Below, in pieces: positions 28,825-43,554 of a stretch of DNA of 64,000 nt. The DNA is from the human T2T-CHM13v2.0 reference genome, Homo sapiens, in assembly GCF_009914755.1 (NCBI RefSeq), contig NC_060929.1. One strand, 5' to 3'. Both the position numbers and the translations under genes were made by a program. The notes beneath the pieces were generated by a model. That model was given only the letters and a program-made list of their open reading frames with translations, ran no database searches and was not told where the DNA came from. The first letter of the stretch is position 1; each line of letters opens with the position of its first letter.

Positions 28825-29289
28825 TCAATTTCGTCTCTTATTGGCCATATCGTCACACTTTCTGCCTCCTTTCAGTAGCATCCTACTACTTCACATATTT
28901 GCTTATTTAATATTTTGTCCAATAGTAATAATTATTACCTACAAAATGGTCAACTTTGTCACTACCAGAAGTAGAATATAAATGATATATTTTACTTTTC
29001 CAAGTAATGAGAGATTTGATATCAACAACCAAACTTGTCCAACTTATAACCTCATAATTCACTTCTGGGTGTAGTAACTATCACAAAAATAGTAGTAATA
29101 ATACAATGTCAAATTATAAGCAAAAAAAAAAAAAACTTTATTCATAGAGAATTGACTTGTAAAACAATTTTCCAACATATTGGCAAGGCCTGTTTGGATG
29201 AGTGGATTTGGGTGGTAGTTTTCTTCTTCTACTTTCCAATGTTTTTCAAATGTTAGTATAATTAAATAAATACACACACATATACACAT

Positions 29290-29830
29290 ATATGCAGCAA
29301 CTTGGCATACTGAGGATTTTAAACTGAAGGAAATTGAGAAGACCACAGAAGCAAGAAGATCTTTCTGACCTTCTTCTGCACCCCTTCTCTCCTGAATCAG
29401 GCCATGGAAACTATAGAGAATTTCCTTCGCTCCTTTTCCCCTGCAGTGGGCCATAAAACCTAGTTGACCTTCCACTGAAAATAGGTCATAAGGCCCTCAA
29501 CCAAGGGATGTCCTCCCTGTGCCTGGAGAAAAACAATGTCTTTATCTCTGAAGACACAGAGACATGGAGAAGAATCTGAACTAGCAGGCCTCTCTGAGTT
29601 CCCCCATTTATGCCCTTTAGATCATATCTGTTTTTGTCCAGTAATGTTTCTGCACAACTATCCACTTCTTTATTTGATTTAGCATAAAATATACAATTTT
29701 CCCTGTTTCTTTTGAGCTTTCATTTCTAAAGGCTCCCATGTCACATAGAATTTGTATGAAATAAATATTTATGCCTTTCTATTGTTAATCTGTCATTTGT
29801 TATAGGGATCTCAGACATAAAATTTGTATC
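29290..29830 (+). mobile_element. ERV1 LTR (MER34-like)
   Basis: atatgc..cttggcatactgaggattttaaactgaaggaaattgagaag; 3' ctaaaggctcccatgtcacat..aataaatatttatgcc..ttgttaatctgtc. Confidence 0.65.
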
Positions 29831-30658
29831 GGATAGGAAAATATATATTTCCTCTATAATATATACATATATACTATGTGCAATGAGAAGGTAGCATCAT
29901 GTTTATCAAATAAAGGTTACTTTATTGATTATAAGTATAATCTTAAAAAGGGGCAAGAGTTTACCTCAAAGTTGATAACAAAAGTAATTACTAGATCTCT
30001 TATAAACACCAATGAATATAACACATGTTGTAAAATCTTAGGAAATATATTAAAATACTTTTTTTTCAGACAGCAGTCAGCAAATAAGAAAGATCCACAG
30101 AGGCATACTGACACCTACTAGCTATGAATGGCACAATTAAATTTGTACTCAGATACTATAAATAGTAAAATTACCTCTATGGTTTCTCTTAATATGCTGG
30201 ACAAAATTCCATCATTCAATAGCTTCTAATTTATAGGGGCCATTATAAGACTGATAAGGGATTAGTATATGAATCAGTACTTTGTGAATGTGACAGCATT
30301 CATTTTCACAGCTTCGTTATGCTTGACAATAAATAAACTCACTTGAGAAACTTAACACAAAAAAATTGGAAATGTCATGTATGGTAGATATTTTATATAG
30401 TGTGCAAAAATTGCAACCTTGTGGCCTGGATGCCTACTTGGTTTGGCCTCCTTTGCATTTTAAAAATTAGAACATTTTATTCTGCAATTCTTATTTCCAT
30501 TTCTTCTGGCAATTCTGACTGGAACTGAACAGTGGCAGCTCCATTTGGATGGAGTATTGGCACTTCAGTGTGCATGGTTTCCACCACTTTACTGATTCAT
30601 AAACTGCCAATGTCTTCCATTTATCTCACTTGCTTGGGTTTTGTAGGCACTTAAGTAA

Positions 30659-30661
30659 ATA

Positions 30662-30704
<43 letters not shown>
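30659..30704. repeat. (CA)n microsatellite ~2.1 kb upstream of the GABRG2 ATG
   Basis: Near-perfect CA run. Confidence 0.95.
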
Positions 30705-30706
<2 letters not shown>

Positions 30707-30826
30707 CTTAGCCTACAAAAGTGTGATTGAATAATTTCACTAAGAAAATATATAGAGCTATAAACAAACTAGGCTCTTTGGAATAAAAATTGTGAACATA
30801 AGAAGGGGCATGACATTAGACAGTCA

Positions 30827-31042
<216 letters not shown>

Positions 31043-32249
31043 TTATATAAAAAGGGGATTATGTTTGCTCTGCCTCCATTTTAGTCACAATGGAAAGAAG
31101 TCAAAACTGCATTTGAATGTGGTTTTCATTGGATTTTTGTCTAAATGCCTTAAGAATAACTCTGCCTAAGGCAGAATTATGAAGCCATGCAGGATTCCAG
31201 GTGGGTCTGTCAGGACTTTTTTGCTTCATTGTCAGGATGCATCTCCTCAGCCCATGTGATGGGCAGCAGCCACTGGTAATTCTTTCTGCTTTCCTTGGAT
31301 ATACTTTAGTGTTAGTGATGGAGTGTGGACCTGATTTTCTCATGTTCTATTCCTATGTCTCCTAGACTCCTTACCCAAGTTCCATTCCTGGAAGACTTTT
31401 TTCTTGCAAAAAAGGCACTTATTTTGAAACAACTCCTTGTCACTTTCCACAAAGAGCTAAGATTGTTCCTCATCACTACTACTGCTTCCTGCATACTTTC
31501 AATGTGGTATCTTGACTTTAAAGAACCATGAAACACTCCCCCACTTTATTTTTCATGATTAATGAAAGGGATTTCCTCTGTGGTGGATGAACTGGTTTGG
31601 CATAAAGGGGGTATCTTCTACATATTAGTATCTATAGTAACATTCTAGGCAAGAAAGAAGCATACTAATACCACTCATCCAAACTAAAAACTTTCGGGAT
31701 TATTACCAAGAACAAAAAATCAACCCCCCACATGACAAACAGAAATCCCTTTGCATTGTTAAATGACCTCCTGATTATACCCCTCTGCCCACCCTTCCTT
31801 CAAAAAACAGCCCTCCTATTTTGTGATGTGTAATCTTTATTCAAGCAGCTATCCCCACGCAATTACATTTGTCAAACTTCAAGCAGTTTTGTGTCTGTGC
31901 ATTTTCACTGGGGTTGGAGAACTGACAAGGGAGGAATGAATCTTGAGTAGCATAGAATTTCTCCATGTCCTTTAATTCTATCAATGTTTTCTTCTCTCAT
32001 TCAAATTGAATTCACCAAATCTGTCTGCCTACAGGATGACTTACTGAGACACTCACACCTCCCCCACTGTCTGCTCCCCCAGCTCTAACAATGCAACCAT
32101 GATTTCTAAGACTGTACGAGTTTAAAATAAGGATTCTTGGCAGATCTGACGACCACAAACCTTCTGTCATTGATGATGTAGCTTCTGGGCTTGCTAAAGC
32201 ATCTCTTGTCCCCATGAATGCCAGTCCTTGCATGCTGGTGTGTGCAGTA

Positions 32250-32956
<707 letters not shown>

Positions 32957-33524
32957 TAAGATGTGCCCTTTTTGGCGTCGTTTTGTTCTGAAGAGGTGGG
33001 GGGAAGGTGTGGGGAGGGGTAACTCGGGAGACCACCCAGATTTAAAACACTCTCCTAGGATGTGCGGCTTTACAATTTAGGAGAGAGCGAATATATGGGG
33101 CGGGGACTGGAGGGAGGAAAGTGGAAGGTCACTTTCGTTAATGTATTCATTTATTGGATTTTATTTTATTTTTTGTTTGGTTTTAGAGTGGAAAAGGTAA
33201 CCTCATAAAGACTAAATATTTAGGGAGTAGCATTTTGACATTATTGCAATCTGATATCGGAGTGGGCTGTGCTGATACACGCCGGCATTTGAGGCCGTGT
33301 TGCAAGCATTTTGGGTGGGGGTCTGATGGAGAAATTTACAAATGGGTCCTGGCGCACACCGGAGAGATATGTGTGAGGGAGCTGGGGGGAGGGGCGGCGG
33401 GCGGCCCTGTTCCTGTGTACTAAGGCATCGCATGCTTCTGCACCTGGCATTCTTAAGGTCAGTCAGCCAGGTTTTGCATCCAGTCCCATTGACCCAACAG
33501 CCAACTACCCGTGTGCAAACATGG

Positions 33525-33545
33525 TTCAGCACCAGGGACAGCAGT
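33525..33545 (+). promoter_or_regulatory. RE1/NRSE (REST-binding neuron-restrictive silencer element) in intron 1
   Basis: TTCAGCACCAGGGACAGCAGT versus consensus TTCAGCACCACGGACAGCGCC, with both half-sites at canonical spacing. An intron-1 NRSE is established for the gamma-2 gene. Confidence 0.92.
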
Positions 33546-36500
33546 CCTGGTGAGGGCCAAAGGGATAGAGGCTTGTCTAACCTGATAGAACGTCTCTAAA
33601 TATACTCAGGGCATCCACAGAGTCAGAGAGAAGGCCAATGAAGCCACGGGGCACTAATGAAATATACAGATCCTGATCTGTTTACCTCTACTCCCTCCTT
33701 GATATGGGAAGGGGACTATTGGGCATAGGGTGGAGAACGTAGTTAAATGATTGCATAGGGGAATATACGTCTGGAAAAGAGTTGGCCTTGCTGCAGTGTT
33801 GGAAAATATGCTGAACCAGGTGAATGTGATGCCATAATCGTGAAGTACACATTAATGTTTTAAAACCTTGCTGCACTGAATAGAAAAAAAAAGGTAAGGC
33901 TGGAGACTGGACTCCTGAAAACCCTGAGAATGTGTATGCCCTGAAGTGCCCGGCATTTAAATTTACTTGAACTTTCCTGAGCTAAGAGTATTAGAGGAGC
34001 AACCATCCATGCAGCCTAGCTGACTATTCGTCTACCTACCTAAGCACCTTCCCCGCTCTCCAAGCTTTCTAACTAGGACCAAAGCCATGTTAGAGGTCCA
34101 CTATTTACATTACTTGCATTCTTCTATACTTTCATTTTGAAATAAAGTTCTATAAATATACCTCTCATATCCTACCAATATAAAGAAAGACACAAACAAA
34201 AACTAGCTATAGAAAATATCAAGACAGTGCCCTAACATTTTTTTGTGGGTCGACAATCTTACATGGTAGTTGTAACAAAAGCAGCTGAAAAGGATGGAGG
34301 TTAAACTAGTTTTTAAAAAAATTATTGAAACTAGGCAACTTCTCTGGCCCCCTCTTCTGTAAGATGGGTAATAAGACAGATAGATTTATGATAAAGAGAC
34401 CCAGGCAAAACAAAGAGTGAAAGCCTCACTTTGGAGTTTCTAAACAGAGAGAGGGTCTGCTTAACTCTTCCAGCACTTTTTGTACCTTACTAATTTACTA
34501 TAAAAATAGAATGTATTTTCACTAGGATTATAACATTTCAGTAGCTTTCTCAGAATATGAGAGGGCCTTTTACTGGAAACAGTCTTATATGTAATACAAT
34601 TTGGTGAAATCCTGAAAAAAGTAATTTTTTGATTCAAAATTTGAATTCATTTTTATACTTAAGGTTGTGGATAGCTATTAATTTGTTTCGGAAATTAGAA
34701 AACAGTTACTTACTAAAAGAAAATATCTTTCCCCTATTTCTACCATTAATGAAACCTGTGGATTAAAATCTAGACAAGACACAAGGGAATGTCTTTCTTT
34801 TTGACTCATCTCCATCTTAGTAAACAGTTGTCTAACTTAATAGATAAAATATTATGTATTTTCTCTCCAGTAACCCTATTTTAACCTAAACATGTTTAAC
34901 TTTACTATAGTTTATAAGAAAATAGTATTTAAGATGTCTTCTTGTTGCCACAGCCCCACCTTTTCCATTTCAATGTCTTATACAAAGTAAATTTGATGAT
35001 ACATTTTAATTTTCAATTTGTACCAGACTATCTTAGATGAGTTTTTTAAAAGAGCTCTATAAATATGAGCTATCTGTAATGGAAACTCCCAAAAGTGGTA
35101 ATTTTTACATTCTCTCATAGTGACAGAGAATGGAGTCATTGCTGTTTGGTGCAGAGAATGTGATCAGAGTTTCAGTCTGCTGCAATCCCATAAAAAAAGT
35201 CATTTGAATTGTTGAGTAGGACTGGAGGTAAATAGAAGCTTTGATTTATAAAGTTGATCCTGAGGAAGGACAATAAATAACTGGGAAATATTTGAGACAT
35301 GAGGAGTCCATAGGAAGTGGTACTTATGAAATAATACTTTTGTGGTAGACAGTAGTAGCAGAACCACCTAGAAAGTTAAAGATAAATAAAAAAAAAATTG
35401 GTTTTTTATTTATGTAACTCAAAAGATTGTTTTCGCCCTCATTAAGTGACAAAATTTATTAGTCTATGTCTTTACAAAAGTGAAACAAAGAGAAAAATAA
35501 AGCATCGTAGTGAGAATATTAATAACTAATATCTCTTCTTATAAGTGAAATAGTTAATTTCTGAAACCCAAAATTTTTGAAACATTCACATAGCTTGTGC
35601 TGTCATAAAAAATAACCTGGGGAACTTACTAAAATGGAGATTCCTACACTATACACTGAATGCTTTTGAATCATTATGTCTGGGGAGAAAAGGAATATTC
35701 AACAGGAGTATTTTCAACAAGTACCCTAGACCTCACTTTGAAGAAAAGTGGTCTATACTTTTCTGATTTCCAAAAGTTTATCATCATATTTAATATTTAA
35801 AGGTGTTTTGATTATTCATACTTTATTATTCAGTTGGGCAGAATGAATCAATTTAACTTCAATAATCTTTTATTTGTATGTAAATCATTGAGAATATTAT
35901 ACATATAACAAAGCATAAGGAATAGTATAAAGAATACACCAACATTAGTTATAAGAAGATATTGGCTCCAAAAAAATAAAACATATATACATATATAAAT
36001 GTGTATGTGATTATATTGAAAAACTATATATATACCACATATATATGCATAGAGATTTTAAAACAAATCTTATAACTTTATAAACTTTTTCAGTGTAATT
36101 TTATTCCATCTCAGAGTAAAAATACCCTAAAGGGAAAAAAATATATAGAAAAACATAAAAAATAATTTAGAGTAAATAAGAATAACTGAAACATAAAATG
36201 TTTTTATTTTATTAGAATAAAACAAGATTTTGTAATATACTTAGAGTGACAAATAATTATTTTTCAAGGATAAATTGAGCAGAAATAAAATGGACTGAAT
36301 TTTTGATGATCTGTCTAAACTTTACTTTTAAGTGCTCATTCTGAATTTTTAAAAAGAAAATACAGTTAATGGTTTATACATATTTTCTATTTTTATCTGC
36401 TACCTAAACAAAGATGCTTTTGATGATGTTTCTTATGAGCTGCTAAAGTGTTTTTATTCCATAATTTTATTTTACATGTTTCTTTAACTGGCTAGGACTA

Positions 36501-39500
36501 TGCATGTAGAAAAAAATATTTTGATTCTTCAATATACCCTTATTTGTTTACAGAATTAATCTCTACAGACAAGCTTGTCATTCCCTGTCTTTCTAAATGC
36601 CCCATCTGGTATCCACCAGAAAAATCTTTATTTCCTCAGCGTACTAAATTGCTTTAGTTGTAGACAAAACCCTTCAAATAGTCTATCCTGAGGTAGACTG
36701 GGTAGACTATTTGAATGGTAGGGACTCTACCTTTCAAATTCAAAAGGTTACCCTGAGGCCATTAACCTGAAAAAAAAAATAAAGAAAAACAGAACGTAAA
36801 TACTCATCACCCAGTATTTCCCAGAACCCAGTCACCCACTACTACCTAAACAAAACACCTGAATTGTAGGCAGAAGTTGAAAATTGGCTTGTAATTTAAA
36901 TAATGAGTTATATAAATGTCTCTTTCACGTCCTAGATTCATTTAGATCAGGTAATTTCCTCAAAATAATTGATTTAAAGCATATATATTTTAATGATAGA
37001 GGTCTCTGTTCTATACTTCAAAAAATTGTTTCATTCCAAGGATTTCCGTTCAGATTGGAAGGAAGTTAAGACTAATTTTAGATACTGTATCTCTTTGCTA
37101 TAAATATTATGTTACTAGGGTCCTGGCTACCTCCCTACTACAATTTCCCAGCCATTCCAAGACAGGCTTTTCAGTTTAGGTACAAGTAGGCTTTACTGGA
37201 ATTATACATACTTATCGTTCTCCAAACACTTCTGCCAAATTGGCTGATTAAGAAGATTGAATTATAATGAAAAGTTATAATCAGAGTAGTTTGGAGATTG
37301 TTTGACCACTGTGGGTGTCGGCACAATTCAAATGCTTAAAGATTCATGATTTCAATTGAGATGAATATTCCAGATGTGATACTTTATTCAGGTAGACATG
37401 CAGAAGACAATGCGTCTTTCTGCTGCCAGGGGATCAGACACCTATGTGACCTCTTCAAAGCCAGAAACCAAATAGCCATAAGATAATATCAATTTTATGC
37501 GCTGCTTGTGTCATGTTATACATACACACTGAATCAAATAATACACACAAACACAAACACACATACACAGACACAATCCTGTGACTCCGCAAAGTATTTA
37601 TCATCAACCACATTTGAGAGACTAGGAAACCAAGATTATAGATAGATTAAATGACTTACTTAAACATAATAGATTAGAAGCAACATACTATAATAAGTAT
37701 GAATGTGGATATAAGTAAACATGTATACATATATAATGATGTTTATATATGTGTATACATATGAATCATAATAACTTGGGTTTTTAGATCTGTCAATATT
37801 ATCTTATGTGTTTTTTTAATCAGTTTGGGGTCTCAATCCATCAATAGTGTTCCTAGAAGTGTAACAGGTAGACTGAATGATCTATAAGTTATTTACTAGT
37901 TTTAATATTCATGATTCTCTCATTCTGTCTTCAGTTAATAGAATCTACAACAGATACTTTACATCCATTCAGCCCACTGAATAAATCAAAATGTCGAATC
38001 TATAGAAGGACATGGTTTAAGATACTCAGTCTCCACCAATAACATCACTATTACATTATGTTTTTTTGTTTTGATTGAAAGGTCCAGACAGAAATGCTTA
38101 GCAGCAGTCTGAAATTAGGTTTTTTTTTTAATATAAGAGCATATTAAATGGAATTATTTAGAGCTGAACAAATATTATGTTTAGAATATATATTTCCTCA
38201 TTGTTTGTGTCTATGTAAGTAAAGCATAGTTTAATCTGCACTTAATTATTCATCCAGAAACTTAACTATAGCATGTCATTCCATTTTTAAAGAGGAGATC
38301 TTGCTTTTTATTGAGCAAATCTATAGGAAACTTGCTCAATGTTGTCCTCCAGTTTTCTTACAAAAATTCTTAGAAAAGTGGAAGACAAAAGTGAAGCAAC
38401 GATACTCAATATTAAAGTAGAAATAATATTACAACTTCATATTTGGATATGTATAGTTTTAATATATAGATATTCAAAGATGACATATTTTTAATCACCC
38501 CAATCATACTAGCAACTGGTTAATTAATGTTACTATGTGGTAACAACAGAAAAGCTCTTATGTTTTAATTTCTAGAGTAATAAGAAGCTATAATTTCTAG
38601 AAAGTAATAGGGATTTTACAGTTTTACAGAAACGTTTGCATTCACAGTTTTATTCTCTCAGTAGACTCATGAATTAGATGAAAAAGATAATATTTTCTTC
38701 TGACAACTGTAGAAAATGAGATATTGAGAGATTAAGGGACTTCTTCAAGGATCCTTTACTATTGGCTGTAGAACAGAGTTAAGACCCCCTCCTTGAATTC
38801 ATAGCGCAATACATCACATTGCACAAGTATAGTCACCCCCCGGCTTTTTTTATCTAAATGTAAGAAAATACTTTGGTTGTTTAGAGATGTAAAAGTCCTC
38901 TCTAACTTGCATTACTGGGGAGGGTTATTTCCCATTCATTTGTCCCCCATACTAGAGAATAAATTTCCTTTAAAAAAGGAAATAAAAAGCTCCTTTCAAG
39001 TTACACATTAGTGGTTTAGGGTAAAAATAAAACTTAACTCTAAATCATATTAATCCCTACAGTATTATGATATAAGAGCACAAACTATGGCAATAATTCT
39101 ATATTATTATAAAAATCATTGTATAACTCTGCATAGATAAAATACCATGTAAATGCTAAATAAGTAGCACTGATACAACACTCTCCACCCATTCATAAAG
39201 AAAACCATGTAAGTACCAAACAACATAATCGTGGAGAAAACAAGGGTTGTTTTAAAGCAAAGATCCTTTGTTATAATTGAAACCCTGCCATGAACCCAAG
39301 TGTTGCTGTAAAGCCAAAGTCTACCTAGTAAGACAAATATACAGTGTGTATTTGCTTAAATACATCTAAAGAAATTGCAGAACTTACTGTATATTTATAT
39401 AAATAAAATGGCAAAAACAAGCTGAATATAATATGTCATTATAATCTTGATAGGAAAAAATGATTGATGCTTTCACGTGTTCTTTTTTTGCTGGTTATCA

Positions 39501-40760
39501 GTTCTTTTTTATAAATTGCTTTTGAAAACACACTTGAGATACATAATTGAGGAAAGCAACTCTAAACATAAAAGTAGAAATTAATGTATAATTTCTTAAT
39601 TAATTTATGAAACGAATATCATTTGAGCCAATTCTGGGATTTTTGCATTATAGAGAATACAGGCCAAATTTCCCCAGGAATTTTCTAACCACTCTTGTTT
39701 AGAGAATGCTAAGAGGTTGTAAAAGTTTTTGTATTTGTAGTAGAGATAAGAATTGGCCTCTTAGTCTTTTTATGGTGGACATTTAAGAGTGAATTACCTG
39801 ATTTCCGTAGGCAGAAGTGGAGCTACCTCCCACTATGGTAGGAGATAAGTAATTGAACAGTTCCTTCTATTGCTAAACAAATAACCCTCTTCCACAAGTA
39901 CTCCTCTGTCATTTAATCCTTAAACTTCTATCACCTAGCTGCGAGGAGGGGGAAGGAAAGAAAAGGCACTGAGGGTTGTTTTACTAATATTTTATAGAAA
40001 GTTCTATTCCTTCTTAGCAGTGTACCACATCTATATTAAATGAGAATATGATGTTTGTCATCTTCTTTTCTCAGTATCGGGAAATTAGTCATGATAACAT
40101 AGGGAAAATTTTGTATAACATTGTGTTCCCTGTGCAATGTGTTTCACATATCCACTGATTAACTCACCTTTTTGAAGTTTTTGCTCAGAGCTCACCTTCT
40201 CAATAAAGCCTGCACCTACCACTCAGTGTAATATTGCAAACTCCACTCCACCTTGTACTCCTAAGTCCTCTAATCCTCTCTGCTTTACTTTGCCCTAGTA
40301 CTTACTTATAGCCTTTAGTAATTAATCAGAAAAAAAAATGTTATTTATTGGTTTATTCTTTTTACTTTTTGATTTTCTATCTCTCTCAGCTAGAAGCCAG
40401 GACCCACAACAGAAGAGATGCCATTGATACAACTCACCTTTCATAGCATGCCTAGCCTCTAACGGATGTTCAATAATTATATGCTTAATTAAGTAATAAA
40501 AATTGCACTCATTTTCCCCCAAATTTTATTCTTTTCCTAAAAAGGAAATATTTTCAACTTTTTTTACAGTATCTCACTGTAAGTCAGCATATATGGCTGT
40601 CAGGAAAAAAAAATAAAAGAAAATGAACAAACAAACCGTTTCCACAGCATAGTATACTTGTTAATAGCATAAGCTCTTCAGACACACTTGATCAGGGTTC
40701 AGTTTGATGACCCTCAGTCAACCAGTTTCACTCTGTCTTTTCATATTAAAAAAGGAAGAT

Positions 40761-41010
40761 TTGGGAAGCTGAGGCAGGAGGATCGCTTGTGCCCAGGCAT
40801 TCCAAACTGGCCTGGGCAACATGGTGTGACCCTATTTCAAGAAAAAAAAAAAAATTAACTGGGTATGGTAGTGCACGCCTGTGGTCCTAGCTTCTTGGGA
40901 GGCTAATTCAGGAGGATCACTTCAGCCCAGGAGTTCAAGGCTGCAGTGAGCCATGTTTGCACCACTGTACTCAAGCCTGGGTGACAGAGTGAGACCCCGT
41001 CTCAAATAAA
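40761..41010 (+). mobile_element. Alu (AluJ-like), 5'-truncated, intron 1
   Basis: Starts at ttgggaagctgaggcagg; flanking aaaaggaagat repeats. Confidence 0.9.
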
Positions 41011-41923
41011 AAGGAAGATAATAATTTTTCTTAAGTTTATTTTGAGTAGGAATTGATATAATACATATTAAGGGGCACATAGTTAGTGACCTTTACATGG
41101 TGTTATTTTTGTTACTCTTATTGTTATTGTTTAATACAGGACATTATTTATCCCCTGATATATCACCAGAGGCACAAGTACGCTCCTCATCCCTGCTAAA
41201 CTCTGAACTTTGTGGGAGTGTAGAAGAGGGATTTTTTTAAATACAACTTTTCTAATTCTTCAGTTTCTTGCTTTGACTTGTATGAGATAAGCAAATTGGG
41301 TAGAGGTCCCTGAATTTTGAGAATGCCTGTGTAAACATTGAACTTAGTAATATCTCTAACAATGTGAAATAGCTTCTATTTAAATGAGAAAATACATCCT
41401 GTCATACAAGACTCCTTCCTGAAGATAATTTTGTCACTGTATGTAAAGAAGGATATTTTCCCAAAGACATTGTAAAACATTATCCCTGAGTTGCTAGGCA
41501 AATTTATTCAACTCATTATTCAGAGCAAACTCAGGTTGCTACTCTTGATGGTCAGGTCTATATTGGACAGCATGAAGTGGAAGCAGTTGTTGTGGAATCT
41601 GGAGAGTAATGAGGAAGGAAACAATCTAAGCTGGTATTTTGCTATTCAGGGTCATGACTAACTTTTCATTTTTCTTTGTGCCTCATACATCTGATCATAT
41701 AACAAAATTCAACATCATCTGTCACCTGGGTCACTACAACACTGCCCAAAATACCTTTCTGAATATGTTTTTGCTACCTTCCAATTCACTCACCACATAA
41801 TAGACTTTTCCCCTGCAACTATTTTTAAATAAAGACATAATATAGATTCAATAAATTATTCAGAATTTAATATACAGTTAGATGAAGTGTTTTCCAAATG
41901 TATGCAGTATTATAACAACTACC

Positions 41924-41924
<1 letters not shown>

Positions 41925-41957
<33 letters not shown>
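41925..41957. repeat. (TG)n microsatellite
   Basis: Perfect TG run inside an old minus-strand L1 fragment. Confidence 0.95.
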
Positions 41958-41958
<1 letters not shown>

Positions 41959-42459
41959 TGTTTCTATCACATCAGTATGTTTTATTGTGCTTCTTTAATA
42001 ATCATCATTCTTCTTCTCTCCAATCCCTGCTTGCCCCTGGTAGCCTCTTTTCCAATTTCTTTCACCATAGATTTATATTTTTCTGTTGCACAACTTCATA
42101 ATAATGAAATTAACAATGTGCTTTACCTTTTTAACCCAGCTTCTTTTGCTCAACATAATATTTCTGAGATATAATACTTATGCATATGAGTTCTTTTTTA
42201 TTATTATGAATTCCATGGTATGAATTACAGTGCATTTACCCAGTATCCCCTTGATGCTTCTAGTTTGAGGCTAATTGAAAACAAACTGTCATGAATGTTA
42301 TTGTACAAGTGTTGCTGTAGGCATCTGTTATTATTCTTGATGAAATGTCTAGGATGTAGCATAGATGTATTTTATTATAAGAAACTTAGCAAAACACTAT
42401 TTCAATGTATGACAGTTTAAGTTACTTTAAGTCATTGCAACCTTAGATATCATCTGTCT

Positions 42460-43130
42460 TTGCATTAGTTATCTATGTCTACATTACCAGTTATCCAAAA
42501 GTTAGCAGTTTAAAATAAGAAACACGTCTTATTTTGCAGTGTCTGAGGAGCAGGAATCCAATAATGGGTAGCTTGGTAATTGCAGTTTAGGATCTCTCGT
42601 AAGATTGCAGTCAAGTTGTTTAGCAGGGTCCTGGCCATCTTAAGGTGCTAGAAAATCAACTTTCATGCTCACTCCAATGTGGCTATTAAAAGGAAGTTCC
42701 CGTTTCTTGTCTTTTGAGCTCTACATGGGGTTGGAGAGTTGGAGAGAGGAGACAGAGAGGATTGGGGGAGGAAAGGAGGAGGGAGGAAGGGAGTGGGAGA
42801 GAGGGCTTTCAAGATGAAAGCCATAGTCTTTACAAGAAAGTGTCAAAAATTATACACCATCGCTTCTGTCATATGCTGTTGGTGATACAGACCTATCCTG
42901 ATGTATAATGGGAGGGATCTACATGAAGCTGATTCCTACTTAGTAGGAAGTAGCTTCTGCTACTAAAACAAAACACCATAGAATACATGGCTTATAAACA
43001 ACAGAAATGTGTTTCTCACAGTTCTAGAGGCTGGAAGTCTGAGATCAGAATGCCACCATGGCTGGGTTCTGGTGAGGGCCTTCTGGTTTGCAAATTGCTC
43101 TTCTCATTGTATCCTCACAAATAGTGTTAT
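42460..43130 (-). mobile_element. MaLR (MLT1-type) LTR fragments
   Basis: tgcattagttatctatg..aaagttagcagtttaaaataa and ggcttataaacaacagaaatgtgtttctcacagttctagaggctggaagtctgagatcag motifs. Confidence 0.65.
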
Positions 43131-43212
43131 GCCACATTAAAATTAATCAGATCCCTTTAAACACTGGGTTTATTTTCCTGTCACCTTTACAGGCATTACT
43201 TTCAGAGCATCT

Positions 43213-43215
<3 letters not shown>

Positions 43216-43274
<59 letters not shown>

Positions 43275-43554
43275 GAGACGGAGTCTCGCTCTATCGCCTG
43301 GGCTGGAGTGCAGTGGCTTGATCTCCGCTCACTGCAAGCTGCGCCTCCCAGGTTCATGCATTCTCCCACTTCAGCCTCCTGAGTATCTGGGACTACAGGT
43401 GCCTGCCACCATGCCCGGATAATTTTTTACATTTTTAGTAGAGACGAGGTTTCACCATGTTAGCCAGGATGGTCTCAATCTCCTGACCTCCTGATCCACC
43501 CGCCTTGGCCTCCCAAAATGCTGGGATTACAGGTATGAGCCACCGTGCCCGGCC
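43216..43554 (-). mobile_element. Alu (AluSc/Y-like), antisense in intron 1, with (TA)n plus long poly-T tail
   Basis: (TA)~16, T~27, then gagacggagtctcgc...ccaccgtgcccggcc. Confidence 0.95.
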
